Assembly: GCA_964019335.1 (NCBI GenBank)
Contig: OZ025678.1
Location: 124,001-188,000 of the forward strand
From: Diplonema japonicum
Taxonomy: Eukaryota; Protista; Euglenozoa: Diplonemea
Direction of reading: 5' to 3'
DNA length: 64,000 bases
The translations under genes and the position numbers were made by a program. Positions 11,443 through 23,303 of this stretch are shown in pieces. The notes beneath the pieces were generated by a model. The model was given only the letters and a program-made list of their open reading frames with translations. It was not told where the DNA came from and ran no database searches. How positions within the stretch are numbered: position 1 is the first letter of the stretch; every line of letters begins with the position of its first letter.

Positions 11443-12559
11443 AAACAAAAAAAATATCCAACAGTTGCTTCGATATGCTTCACTTCGGACATGCGAATGC
11501 CTTGAGACAGGCTGCTTGCTTGGGGCATGAACTGTATGTTGGCATCCACACTGACGAAGAAGTGCAAAAGTTCAAGGGGCCGCCTATTATGAGCCACGAG
11601 GAGAGGTATGCCGCAGCGCGGGCATGCAAGTGGGTGTCGAGAGTGATTGAGGACGCCCCGTACGTGACTGAGGTCTCCGACATCGAGAAGTATGAGATCG
11701 ATTTCGTGGTGCACGGCGATGACTTGTCGACTGACCTGAACGGGAACAACAGCTACCAGGCCATCATCGACATCGGCAAGTTCAAGATCGTCAAGAGGAC
11801 AGAGGGTATCTCCACAACAGACATCGTGGGAAGGATGCTCCTCGTCACAAAAACCCATCACCAACAAGAACAAGAGGCCCCTGCAGCGGGTGACAGCCCG
11901 AAGGCTAACGCTGCACTCCAAGCCGACACAACTTACTCCAGGTATTTTTTTTTCCAAAGAAAAAAAAAAAAAAAAAAAAAACCATTTCCAGCTATCTGAC
12001 ATCGTCTCGTAAAATCGTTCAGTTTTCTAATCAAAAAGCACCCAAACCGGGTGATAAAGTTGTTTATGTCGATGGTGGGTTTGATTGTTTCCACTGTGGG
12101 CACTCTGCTCTGTTGAAGAAGGCTCGGGAGCTTGGTGACTATGTCATCGTTGGGGTTCACACCGATTCTGTGCTGAACAAGAAGCACGGGGCCAACTACC
12201 CTATCATGAATGTGAACGAGAGGGTGTTGGGTGTGCTCTCTTGCAGGCATGTTGACGAGGTGATCATGGGTGTGCCTTACAATGTCACCCAAGAACTGAT
12301 AACGCAGTTGAAGGTCGACATCGTCGTCCACGGGTCCATTGGTGATGTGAATGACTCTTCTTGTGAAGATCCTTACAGCGTTCCGAGGGAACTTGGTATC
12401 CATAAGGAGTTGGTCTCTGAGAACCCGCTGACAACCACGTCTCTAATTGACCGTGTTATCAAGCATCGTTTGGCTTTCGAGGAAAGGCAGAGAAAGAAGA
12501 TCCCAAAGGACCAGAAAACTCTAAACCAAAACCCCAACAAGGACATCCAAGAGATTTGA
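11259..12559 (+). CDS. PCYT2: Ethanolamine-phosphate cytidylyltransferase; introns 11393-11464 and 11942-11991
   Basis: Two cytidylyltransferase domains after splicing: VDGCFDMLHFGHAN...RTEGISTTDIVGRML and VYVDGGFDCFHCGH...YPIMNVNERVL. Confidence 0.95.
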
Positions 12560-13479
12560 AAGAAGAAGAAGGGGAAGAAAAATAATTAATACGGAGAGAA
12601 AAAAAAAAAACTTAAACGGTAAGTGTACTCTCCTTCCCCCCTCCCCCCCTTTTTTTTTAAAGAAGAAAACGTTGGCCTGTGCGGTTATAGCAACGGGGGG
12701 GGGGGGGATGGCAAAAACGCAAGAGAAAAAATAGAAGGGTGGGATACAAAATAATGGATTCTAGTGATTCTTTTTTTTTCCTCTCTTTGCTTTTTTTTTT
12801 CGCACCACTTAAAAAAGTTTCTAAAAAAATTTAAAAAAAAAAAAACGATGAGAGTTGAATTGGAGAGATACAGATTCTGGGTAAGGGGAATGCTTCTCTT
12901 GCTCTCTCTTTTTTTTTTCTTCTTCTATTTGGTGAGCGCGAGAAACGCGAACCTTAATTGTCTAGTTTCTTGCTCCTTCTAATTTTATTGTGTATTCCCC
13001 CCCCCCCCCCCATCCCTGCACTTTTCTTTTGAAATTTTTTAAGTCCGATGAAAAAAAAAAAAAAAACGTCGCACCACCACACACGTACCTAGAAGCTAGC
13101 TTCTCTCTTGCCTACTGCCTTTTATTTTCCTGTTTCTTCCTTAGTCTCCATTACCCCTCCCCCGTCCTTGGCCCTTGGTTTTTCGGAAGAAAAGAAAGAG
13201 AAGAAGAAAAAAGAAAAAAGATAGAAGTAATCCACACACAGGGTGAGAGGGGGGGGGTTGAGTTTTCAATGTTTTCTTTTTTTTTTCTCTTTTGCCGACG
13301 GCTTTCTCTCATTTGTTCTTTTTTTTCATTTTTTTTTCTTTGAAAGCTTGTTTAAAAAAGGCAGTTATTCCCCCCCCCCCCCCCTTCTTTCTTACAAAGA
13401 AGAAATCCACACCATTATTAAAAAGAAATAAGAGGGGTGGAAAAAAAAAAACTTTTGTAAAAACATAACAAAAAAGAAA

Positions 13480-14010
13480 ATGGCTGAGAACAAGGAGGAC
13501 AGTACTATTGAGTGGTCGGCATGGTCTAATGGGGACAACAATGAAGATGAAATGGAGACAAAAACGGTTCAGGCGCCTCTTGTAAAAGGAGGGGTGGAAG
13601 CTAAGTGGATAACCCCTGCAAAGGCCAAGGACCTCGAGAACTTCAATATTGAGGTGATAACATTAAAAGTCTCCGAGAACTATAATTTTAGAACTCTTGA
13701 AAACTCTAAAATGAGCAAAGAAGAACAGGCCATGGAAAAGTTTCGCCAAAAGCACGGGCTTACCTCTTACATGCTCTTATCACCCCCTGTCGTACCCACC
13801 ACGAGCAATGAAAGAACCTGCTACTATATACCAATGGGTAGCTCTGCTTCACTTCGCATTATCCATGAAACAGAGGAAGATGGAGTTTTGGAAGTTGTTT
13901 GTCCTAACCACTCTGTGGTCACCGTGGCGCACAGCCACATTCTGAACCTCACCGGGAGTTGTTATCAGTTAATCGGAGACGAGGAACAAGAGGAGTCCCA
14001 GTGTGCGTGA
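13480..14010 (+). CDS. Hypothetical protein (176 aa)
   Basis: ORF with ATG after an A-run and normal amino-acid composition. No recognised motif. Confidence 0.65.
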   Translation: MAENKEDSTIEWSAWSNGDNNEDEMETKTVQAPLVKGGVEAKWITPAKAKDLENFNIEVITLKVSENYNFRTLENSKMSKEEQAMEKFRQKHGLTSYMLLSPPVVPTTSNERTCYYIPMGSSASLRIIHETEEDGVLEVVCPNHSVVTVAHSHILNLTGSCYQLIGDEEQEESQCA

Positions 14011-14202
14011 TCTTTTTTTTTTTTTTTTTTTTTTTAAATTCTCAGGCATTGACTCACTGCATTTTTTTTTTTTTTCCTTGGTGGGTTGTTTGCTAACCGG
14101 GGTTCTCTTCCCAAAAATGATTTATTTTTTCTTCACATGCTTTTGAGCCTTTCCTTTCCAACACCCCCCTCTCCCCTTCCAGGTTGCCGTCCAAAAACTA
14201 AA

Positions 14203-15026
14203 ATGAACACTCTCCGTAGTGCCAGCCGCATTGCCAGGTCCACCGGTTTCGACCTCATGCAGGTGAGGACGAAGGTGGCCTCCGCGAAGAAGGCCGCCCC
14301 CAAGAAGGTGGTGAAGAAGGTGAAGGCCGCCCCCAAGAAGGTGGTTGCCAAAAAAGATGTGAACGAAGTCAAGGCGGCCGCTCTCGAGAAGAAGAGGACC
14401 GCAATTGCCAAGAAGGTCGCGGCCGCCACTATGAGGGCTGCTGCTCGAGAGAAAAGGACTGCTCTTGCCAAGAGGAAGGCCGCCGTCAGGGCCGCCGCTC
14501 AGAAGAAGAAGGCCGCCGCCAAGGCCACCGCCGCGAAGAAGAAGGCGAGAGAGCAGGCCGCCAAGACCGGGGTGCAGGCCAGGAAGAACGCTGTATGCAC
14601 AAAAGGAGAAAAGAATACGTATTTACATCCAACACACAGGTGAAGGCAAAGAAGGCAAAGATCGCTTCCTCTGGCCCCGTGTCGGCGAGGACTCTGTTCG
14701 TCAAGCAGCAGGCTGGGAAGGGAATGTCCTTCAAGCAGGTGAACGAGAAGTTCAACACTCTTGGTGCCTCTGAGAAGCAGGCCCTTGTGAACCAGGCCCA
14801 GAAGAACCTTGCAAAGAGGACCGAGATCAGGAAGAGCCTGAAGAAGGTATGTTATCTTTGGCAGTCATCACAACTTACAACTTAACAGCCGGCCACCAAG
14901 TACGCCCTCTTTGTGAAGAAGAACTTCGCCACCGCCTACGAGTCTGCCAAGAAGCAGACCAGCGACAAGAAGGTGGCCTTCAAGCTGGCGGTCCAGACCC
15001 TGGCTGCGCAGTACAAGAAGCAGTAA
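14203..15026 (+). CDS. KAP-like mitochondrial H1-like/HMG-box protein, copy 1; introns 14593-14639 and 14847-14888
   Basis: Presequence ending ...MQVRTK, K/A-rich exon 1 (130 codons), exon 2 GPVSARTLFVKQQ...FNTLGASEKQAL, exon 3 PATKYALFVKKNF...LAAQYKKQ. Confidence 0.85.
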
Positions 15027-15212
15027 TAGTAGAGGATACAACTCCCTAGCGAACGAGACAGTTCCTTCCCTTCCAACTACACCCCCTTTCTAGAACGTTT
15101 AGATAATAAGGCATTGTAAGTTATACGTTTTACCCTGTTATCCCACCTTTCTACTCCCCACACAGAGAACCTTAACTCTTTTATATAAAAAAATCCCCCC
15201 CAAAAAACTAAA

Positions 15213-16086
15213 ATGAACACTCTCCGTATTGCCAGCCGCACCCTGAGGGCCTTCGCGCCTCTTGCCAGGTCCACCGGGTTCGACCTCATGCAGGTGAGGA
15301 CGAAGGTGACCTCCGCGAAGAAGGCCGCCCCCAAGAAGGTGGTGAAGAAGGTGAAGGCCGCCCCCAAGAAGGTGGCGAAGAAGACCTCAAAGAAGGTAGT
15401 AGTTAAGAAGGTTGCGAAGCAGGTCAAGGCGGCCGCTCTATCGAAGAAGAGGATCACTCTTGCCAAGAAGAAGGCTGCTGCTCAGAAGAAGAGGGTAGCT
15501 GTCATGAAAAGGAACGCCGCCGTCAAGGCCACCGCCGCGAGGAAGAAGGCCACTCTTGCCAAGAGGAAGGCCGCCGTCAAGGCCGTCAACGAGAGGAAGC
15601 GGGCAAGGGTGCAGGCCACCAAGGCCAAGGTGCAGGCCAAGAAGGACGCTGTATGCACAAGTAAAAAAAAGGGGGTAAATACATTTGTATCCAACACAGG
15701 TGAAGGCGAAGAAGGCAAAGATCGCTTCCTCTGGCCCCGTGTCGGCGAGGACTCTGTTCGTCAAGCAGCAGGCTGGCAAGGGAATGAACCTCAAGCAGAT
15801 GAGCGAGAAGTTCAACACTCTTGGTGCCTCTGAGAAGCAGGCCCTTGTGAACCAGGCCCAGAAGAACCTTGCAAAGAGGAACGAGATCAGGAAGAGCCTG
15901 AAGAAGGTATGTTATCTTTGGCAGTCATCACAACTTACAACTTAACAGCCGGCCACCAAGTACGCCCTCTTTGTGAAGAAGAACTTCGCCACCGCCTACG
16001 AGTCTGCCAAGAAGCAGACCAGCGACAAGAAGGCGGCCTTCAAGCTGGCGACCAGGACCGTGGTCGCACAGTACAAGAAGCAGTAA
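15213..16086 (+). CDS. KAP-like protein copy 2; introns 15651-15699 and 15907-15948
   Basis: Same three-exon structure; exon 1 has 146 codons. Confidence 0.85.
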
Positions 16087-16550
16087 AATCTTTAAATAGT
16101 TCTGAAGCAGCTCGAGTTTGTGTGAAGCAAAGTAAGAGGCGTGGAGCTAAAGAGTCCCCTCCTTTGCTTTGAGCTGCTCTTAAAACGATTATGTAGTCCC
16201 TTCCTAAAAAACTCCTCTTTTCTTTGAACTTCTTTTTGTGGTGGAGTGTGCCAACACTTCTCCTTCCGGCTAAATATTCTTTAATACTCCTCGCGCGCTA
16301 ATCCCCCTTGTAGGTCGTTACTACGATGGTGTTTTTTTTCTTCTTCTTTTTTCCCTCGCTTTTTTTTTTTTTGAAGTATATATTGTGTTTGGGAACACTT
16401 TTTTGTAATCTCCCCTTCCCCCTCCCTCTCTTTTTTTCCCTTCTTGCAGTGCCTTCAAATGCACCTGCTAAAACGTTTCATAAATTTTAAAAATTTTCCC
16501 CCTTTCGTACTAAAGAACCATATATCCCAAGTTCGCATTGAGAATCTAAA

Positions 16551-17242
16551 ATGACTACTCTCCGTATTGCCACCCGCACCCTGAGGGCCGCCGGGTTCAA
16601 CCTTATGCAGGTGAGGACGAAGGTGACTTCCGTAAATGCGGATACGGAAAATCAAAAAACTGTTGGTAAGAAGAATGCCGACAAAAGAGAGCCCGCAACA
16701 CAGAAGAGTAAAGCACAGTTTGCAAAAAGGGCTGCCCTGATCAAGCAAAGCTTGGCCGACAAGTCCGAAAATACCTCAGAAAATATAAAAAAGATTAAGC
16801 AGGTATGAACGCAAAGAAAAAAAAAAAGAAAAATAAAACAGGCGAATAAGGCCAAGGAAAAGAAAGCAAAGCTCGCTTCCTCTGGCCCCGTGTCGGCGAG
16901 GGCTCTGTTCGTCAAGCAGCAGGCTGGCAAGGGAATGAACCTCAAGCAGATGAGCGAGAAGTTCGACACTCTTGGTGCCTCTGAGAAGCAGGCCCTTGTG
17001 AACCAGGCCCAGGAGAACCTTGCAAAGAGGAACGAGATCAGGAAGAGCCTGAAGAAGGTATGTTATCTTGGCAGTCATCACAACTTACAACTTAACAGCC
17101 GGCCACCAAGTACACCCTCTTTGTGAAGGAGAACTTCGCTGCTGCCCACGAGGCTGCCAAGAAGCAGACCAGCGACAAAAAGGTGGCCTTCAAGCTGGCG
17201 GCCCAGGCCCTGGCCGCCCAGTACAAGGCTTCTAAGAAGTAA
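16551..17242 (+). CDS. KAP-like protein copy 3 (short, less basic variant); introns 16803-16841 and 17058-17098
   Basis: Exon 1 has only 84 codons and includes acidic residues. Variant exon 3 ENFAAAHEAAK...AQYKASKK. Confidence 0.8.
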
Positions 17243-17444
17243 AATAGGAGAGAAAGAAGTTTGTTTTCGACACGGCCTTAGATGTCTATATTTAAACCAT
17301 TATTTTACCGACGTTCACATTTTTTTTTTTGACCTTCTACGACTAAAAGGCGTGAGACACTTGTGTAAATTTTGCCTGATATCTCGATTTATTTTTCTTC
17401 GAGAACCTTCGCTTTTTGGGAGAAAAAAATTCCTCCCCCGGAAA

Positions 17445-17994
17445 ATGAACACTCTCTGTATTGCCAGGCGCAGCACTAGGACGAAGGTGACCTCGTCAAG
17501 ACTGTGAACAAGGCTCAGAAGGACGTCACTGTAAAGGTTATTTCTGCCAAACGAGTGATTGCCTTCGAGAACAAGAAGGTCGCCATCAAGCTTTCCACCG
17601 AATAGAAAACGGTTACTCTCGCGAAAAATGTCCCCACTGCCGAGGCCACCATACCGAAGAACGGAATTGTTGTGCGAGTTGTCGCCAGGGCTAAGGCGAA
17701 AACCATAAGGACAACGGAACAATCCAAGAAGAACGCTGTTCGCTTCCTCTTGTTCCGTAACGCTAAGGGCCCTGTTCTTAAAGCAGCAAATTGCCTTCAA
17801 TGTCCTTCCTTAGTACCTCTGGAGAAGCAGGCCCTTGTGAACCAATCCCAGAAGACAACTGAAGCAGTCATCACAACTTACAACTTAACAGCCGGCCACC
17901 AAGTACGCCCTCTTTGTGAAGAAGAACTTCGCCACTGCCTGTCAGCTTTCAAGCTGGCGACCCCAACCCTAACGCCACGTACAAGGAGCAGTAA
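17445..17994 (+). pseudogene. Degenerate KAP-like copy 4
   Basis: Recognisable start ATGAACACTCTC, GAGAAGCAGGCCCTTGTGAACCA and the intron-2 3' end, but with frameshifts, deletions and a lost intron-2 donor. Confidence 0.85.
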
Positions 17995-18345
17995 AGGAAA
18001 GAGCAGTAAATGGAAGAGAAGGAGGTGATGGAGACAACGGATTATTGTATTCTTTTGGGGTTGTTTACATGCCCCCGTTCCCTCGCCAGTTCTTGACTCA
18101 ACAGCGACCACAAGAACAATGGTAGGCGATGAAGGAAGTAGACCGTTACACATCTCTTAGCAACGTGGTCTGCAAGTCCTCACTTCACTGAAATCCCTTA
18201 AACCGTTTGGTGTGGTGGAGGTTTCTTATTTTTTATCTGGTGCTTTCGTGTTATCGCTACCCCTTTTGCGCCTTGTTCAACATGCTTCTTACTCCCTACA
18301 CAGACCACCTTAACTCTTTTACTTAAAAAAAATATTCACTCTGAA

Positions 18346-21042
18346 ATGAACACTCTCCGTGTTGCCAGCCGCACCCTGAGGGCCTTCGCACCCCTTGCCA
18401 GGTCCACCGGTTTCGACCTCATGCAGGTGAGGACGAAGGTGACCTCCGCGAAGAAGGCCGCCCCCAAGAAGGTGGTGAAGAAGGTGAAGGCCGCCCCCAA
18501 GAAGGTGGCGAAGAAGGCTGTGAAGAAGGTGGTGAATAAGACCGCAAAGAAGGTGGTTGCCAAGAAGGTGAAGAAGGTTGTTAAGAAGGTGGTTGCCAAG
18601 AAGGCAAAGGTCGCGAAGAAGGTGTCCGCTGCCGCCAAGAAGAGGGTCGTGGCCGCCAAGAGGAAGGCCATCGCCAAGGCAGCTATCCAGAAGAGGAGGG
18701 CTCTTATCCTGAGGAAGAAGGCCGCTGCCCTGAAGAAGAGGCTCACCGCCCAGAAGAGGAAGGCTCTTGCCAAGGTCGCCGCCGCGAAGAAGAGGGCCAC
18801 TCTTACGAAGGCTGCCGCAAAAGCTAAGGTGCAGGCCAAGAAGGACGCTGTATGCACAAAAAAGGATTAACCCATAAAGGACCGCTATTTTTCGACTAAA
18901 AAGTCGATTTTGAACTTTTCGTTCAAATACCAAAATAAAATGGCGAGGGTGGAGTTAGAGGGTGTGTACCTATATTATTTTCACTACCCCTGGAGCGTGA
19001 AGCGGCCTGCATGTCAGCCCCAGACGCGCCCAAACTTTGGTGGTAGAGCATTTGAGAGAAACAACTCTTGCAAAGGGCACATGCTATCCAGAGGTTCCAT
19101 GGTTTCGGCAAGCAGCGCTTATACAGCGTGCGGGTGGGCTGGTTATTTTTTTTCCACCACTTATGGCCGTTCTTTGAACACAAGGTCCGAGGTGCCGCAG
19201 ATATGCGACTTGTCCAATTTAAACGTATTTCTATTTTCAAGAGGTTCTCAGGTGGTTTTTTAAGGTGTCGTTAATGTGAAAAAATTCGAAACAGGGCACA
19301 GGGCACGTTGCTACGTTGCAATCTCTGCACGAGAACATGGCCTGGGTGCGTTTTTTCTCTAATTTGTTGCACACAGTGCAATTCCGTGCCTTTTGCATCT
19401 TTTCAGGACACGTTAAAGGTGCACCCTTGGCACGTGAAGGTGCACCCTGAGGGGTAGGTATCTTAGGCTCCGGCGGGGAACACTTGATGTGGGTACCACC
19501 CTTTTGCGATGATGTTGTTTGACAAGATTTCTTTGCCACACACTTGCTGACACTGAATGGTATTCTGGGAGCAATTTCCGGGTTTCCTGATGGTCCCCAT
19601 GCAGCGGAAATCCGCATTGTAAATCCGTATCAACAATGGGACAAGCGAAAGCAGTTGTCAAAGACAATCCAGTAATTCTGGTGCTGATATTCGGTGAGCA
19701 GCTCTGCCTCTTTCCCCCGGGTGCCCGCGCCGGTACAAACAATCATGTTTAGAGTGTAACCGGTGTCTGATTTGCATTTTGAACCCATAACGCTTCCTCT
19801 TCTTCGGCTCACAAACAATGAACCCGACACGGCTTCTACAGCGTATGATGGTTCATCCACAGCAAGGTTTCGCTTGGGTACATACAGGGATGACCAAGAA
19901 GGAATCACAAGATTTATAAGATTGCGCCCGTTAGCCATTCTGTCTCCTTCTCCTCCACCAGGGGGCAACCCAAACCGCTTAGCGCATTATTTATAGGAGC
20001 CTGTTTCTTTCCATTACCGTACTGAAATATTGTGAATATGGGGTATCTGTGAGTTCATCCTGTGCCCAGTAGACCTTGATATCTGTCTTGATTATGAGCC
20101 CTGTAAGTATCCAAAGGCCTCTATACCACTCGAATGGCTTGCTGCCCACCCCACGATAGCCTTTTAGAGCCGCAGGAGTGAAAAACAACTCAAAGTACAG
20201 GACAAACCCCCTGCTGGAGGGCCGCCCTATCAAAAACAAAGGAAAAACCTCCAGCCCGTTGAGGCCCACTACTGGTACACTTGGACCTGGCACCTTGCGA
20301 AATATTTTCCTCCCCACCTTGATTTTGTCATCCCATTCCATATCCGGGATATCCCCATCATCCGGTGACACTGACCCTTCTTCAGAAGTACTTTCGGCAC
20401 TACTCCTTATGGGGTGTAAAAAAAACAATGTCTGTGCCACTATTTTTTTTCTCCCCTTGCAGTTTGGATGCAAAAATTTACGGGCGATTTAGCATTCAGT
20501 ATAAAAAAAGTCGCGCAATAAGGCCCCTCTTTAAAGAGTGGGCGTGCAGAGCACTAAAAATGCCTTAGCAGAATTTAAAAAAAAAAATTTAGCTGAATAT
20601 TCAGCTCCGGTCCTTTATGGGTTAAAAAAAAACGCATTTTTACATCCAACACACAGGTGAAGGCAAAGAAGGCAAAGATCGCTTCCTCTGGCCCCGTGTC
20701 GGCGAGGACTCTGTTCGTCAAGCAGCAGGCTGGGAAGGGAATGTCCTTCAAGCAGGTGAACGAGAAGTTCAACACTCTTGGTGCCTCTGAGAAGCAGGCC
20801 CTTGTGAACCAGGCCCAGAAGAACCTTGCAAAGAGGAACGAGATCAGGAAGAGCCTGAAGAAGGTATGTTATCTTGGCAGTCATCACAACTTACAACTTA
20901 ACAGCCGGCCACCAAGTACGCCCTCTTTGTGAAGAAGAACTTCGCCACCGCCTACGAGTCTGCCAAGAAGCAGACCAGCGACAAGAAGGTGGCCTTCAAG
21001 CTGGCGGTCCAGACCCTGGCTGCGCAGTACAAGAAGCAGTAA
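18346..21042 (+). CDS. KAP-like copy 5 with piggyBac insertion in intron 1; exons 18346-18849, 20657-20863, 20905-21042
   Basis: All exons are intact. Intron 1 (18850-20656) is interrupted at its TTAA by a piggyBac element. Confidence 0.75.
18871..20621 (-). mobile_element. piggyBac-like DNA transposon (degenerate transposase)
   Basis: TTAA TSDs at 18867-18870 and 20622-20625; 14-bp TIR CCCATAAAGGACCG. Minus-strand fragments RNLAVDE and IVFDNCF, plus C-terminal Cys-rich CTVC...CRDCNVATCPVPCFEFFH. Confidence 0.93.
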
Positions 21043-21228
21043 TAGTAGAGGATACAACTCCCTAGCGAACGAGACAGTTCCTTCCCTTCCAACTACACCC
21101 CCTTTCTAGAACGTTTAGATAATAAGGCATTGTAAGTTATACGTTTTACCCTGTTATCCCACCTTTCTACTCCCCACACAGAGAACCTTAACTCTTTTAT
21201 ATAAAAAAATCCCCCCCAAAAAACTAAA

Positions 21229-22347
21229 ATGAACACTCTCCGTATTGCCAGCCGCACCCTGAGGGCCTTCGCGCCTCTTGCCAGGTCCACCGGTTTCGAC
21301 CTCATGCAGGTGAGGACGAAGGTGACCTCCGCGAAGAAGGCCGCCCCCAAGAAGGTGGTGAAGAAGGTGAAGGCCGCCCCCAAGAAGGTGGCGAAGAAGG
21401 CTGTGAAGAAGGTGGTGAAGAAGACAGCAAAGAAGGTGGTTGCCAAGAAGGTGAAGAAGGTTGTTAAGAAGGTGGTTGCCAAGAAGGCAAAGGTCGCGAA
21501 GAAGGTGTCCGCTGCCGCCAAGAAGAGGGTTGCTGCCGCCAAGAAGAGGGATGTCGCTGCCAAGAAGAAGGCCATCGTCCAGAAGAAGAAGATCGCCGCC
21601 CTGAAGAAGAAGGCCGCCAAGGCCGCCCTCATTAAGAGGAGGGCCGCTGTCCTGAGGAAGAAGACCGCTGCCAAGGCAGCCATCCTGAAGAAGAAGGCTC
21701 TTATCCAGAAGAAGAGGGCCGTCGCCAAGGCAGCCATCCTGAAGAAGAAGATCGCCGCCCAGAAGAAGAAGGCCGCCGCCCAGAAGAAGAGGGCCGCCGC
21801 CAAGGCAGCCATCCTGAAGAAGAAAGCCACCGCCAAAGCCAAAGTGCAGGCCGCCAAGGCCAAGGTGCAGGCCGCAAAAGCCAAGGTGCAGGCCAAGAAG
21901 GACGCTGTATGCACAAAAAAGGGGTTTAAAAAAAAAACGCATTTTTACATCCAACACACAGGTGAAGGCGAAGAAGGCAAAGATCGCTTCCTCTGGCCCC
22001 GTGTCGGCGAGGACTCTGTTCATGAAGCAGCAGGCTGGGAAGGGAATGTCCTTCAAGCAGGTGAACGAGAAGTACAACACTCTTGGTGCCTCTGAGAAGC
22101 AGGCCCTTGTGAACCAGGCCCAGGAGAACCTTGCAAAGAGGAACGAGATCAGGAAGAGCCTGAAGAAGGTATGTTATCTTGGCAGTCATCACAACTTACA
22201 ACTTAACAGCCGGCCACCAAGTACACCCTCTTTGTGAAGAAGAACTTCGCCACCGCCTACGAGTCTGCCAAGAAGCAGACCAACGACAAGAAGGTGGCCT
22301 TCAAGCTGGCGACCAGGACCGTGGCCGCCCAGTACAAGAAGCAGTAA
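21229..22347 (+). CDS. KAP-like protein copy 6; introns 21907-21961 and 22169-22209
   Basis: Same structure; exon 1 has 226 codons with repeated AKAAILKKK units. Confidence 0.85.
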
Positions 22348-22461
22348 TAGTAGAGGATACAACTCCCTAGCGAACGAGACAGTTCCTTCCCTTCCAACTA
22401 CACCCCCTTTCTAGAACGTTTAGATAATAAGGCATTACACTGTTATCCCACCTTTCTACTA

Positions 22462-23139
22462 ACCAAGGCCGCCCTCATTAAGAGGAGGGCCGCTGTCCTG
22501 AGGAAGAAGACCGCTGCCAAGGCAGCCATCCTGAAGAAGGAGGTCGCTGCCCAGAAGAAGAGGGCCGCCGCCAAGGCAGCCATCCTGAAGAAGAAGGACG
22601 CTGCCCTGAAGAAGAAGGCCTCCGCCCTGAAGAAGAAGGCCGCCGCCAAGGCCAAGGTGCAGGCCGCAAAAGCCAAGGTGCAGGCCAAGAAGGACGCTGT
22701 ATGCACAAAAAAGGGGTTTAAAAAAAAACGCATTTTTACATCCAACACACAGGTGAAGGCAAAGAAGGCAAAGATCGCTTCCTCTGGCCCCGTGTCGGCG
22801 AGGACTCTGTTCCTCAAGCAGCAGGCTGGCAAGGGAATGAACCTCAAGCAGATGAGCGAGAAGTTCAACACTCTTGGTGCCTCTGAGAAGCAGGCCCTTG
22901 TGAACCAGGCCCAGAAGAACCTTGCAAAGAGGAACGAGATCAGGAAGAGCCTGAAGAAGGTATGTTATCTTTGGCAGTCATCACAACTTACAACTTAACA
23001 GCCGGCCACCAAGTACGCCCTCTTTGTGAAGAAGAACTTCGCCACCGCCTACGAGTCTGCCAAGAAGCAGACCAACGACAAGAAGGCGGCCTTCAAGCTG
23101 GCGGTCCAGACCCTGGCCGCCCAGTACAAAAAGCAGTAA
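22462..23139 (+). pseudogene. 5'-truncated KAP-like copy 7
   Basis: The intergenic spacer (…CACCTTTCTACT) is joined directly to mid exon 1, so the ATG and presequence are deleted. Exons 2 and 3 are intact. Confidence 0.8.
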
Positions 23140-23303
23140 AGAGTGATTTCAAATAATTAGAGTTAATAAGAGTTATAAACGAAAGAAGAGCTCAAAGTTT
23201 GTAAATAGAGGCGAAGTGAGGCGATGGAGCTGAGGAGTCCCCCTCCTTTGCTTTGAGCTGCATTTAAGTAAACGAAACTCTTTTTTTATTTTATTTTATT
23301 TTT

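Noticed and set aside
21093-22080. Long minus-strand ORFs (F/A/L-rich) over KAP genes, also at 45652-47810 and 53371-54243
   Set aside because: They are antisense shadows of AAG/GCC-biased repetitive coding sequence, not independent genes.
14640-23139. Regularly repeated identical blocks resembling a CRISPR-like or satellite array
   Set aside because: They are tandem paralogous exons and introns; there is no repeat-spacer structure and no cas genes.
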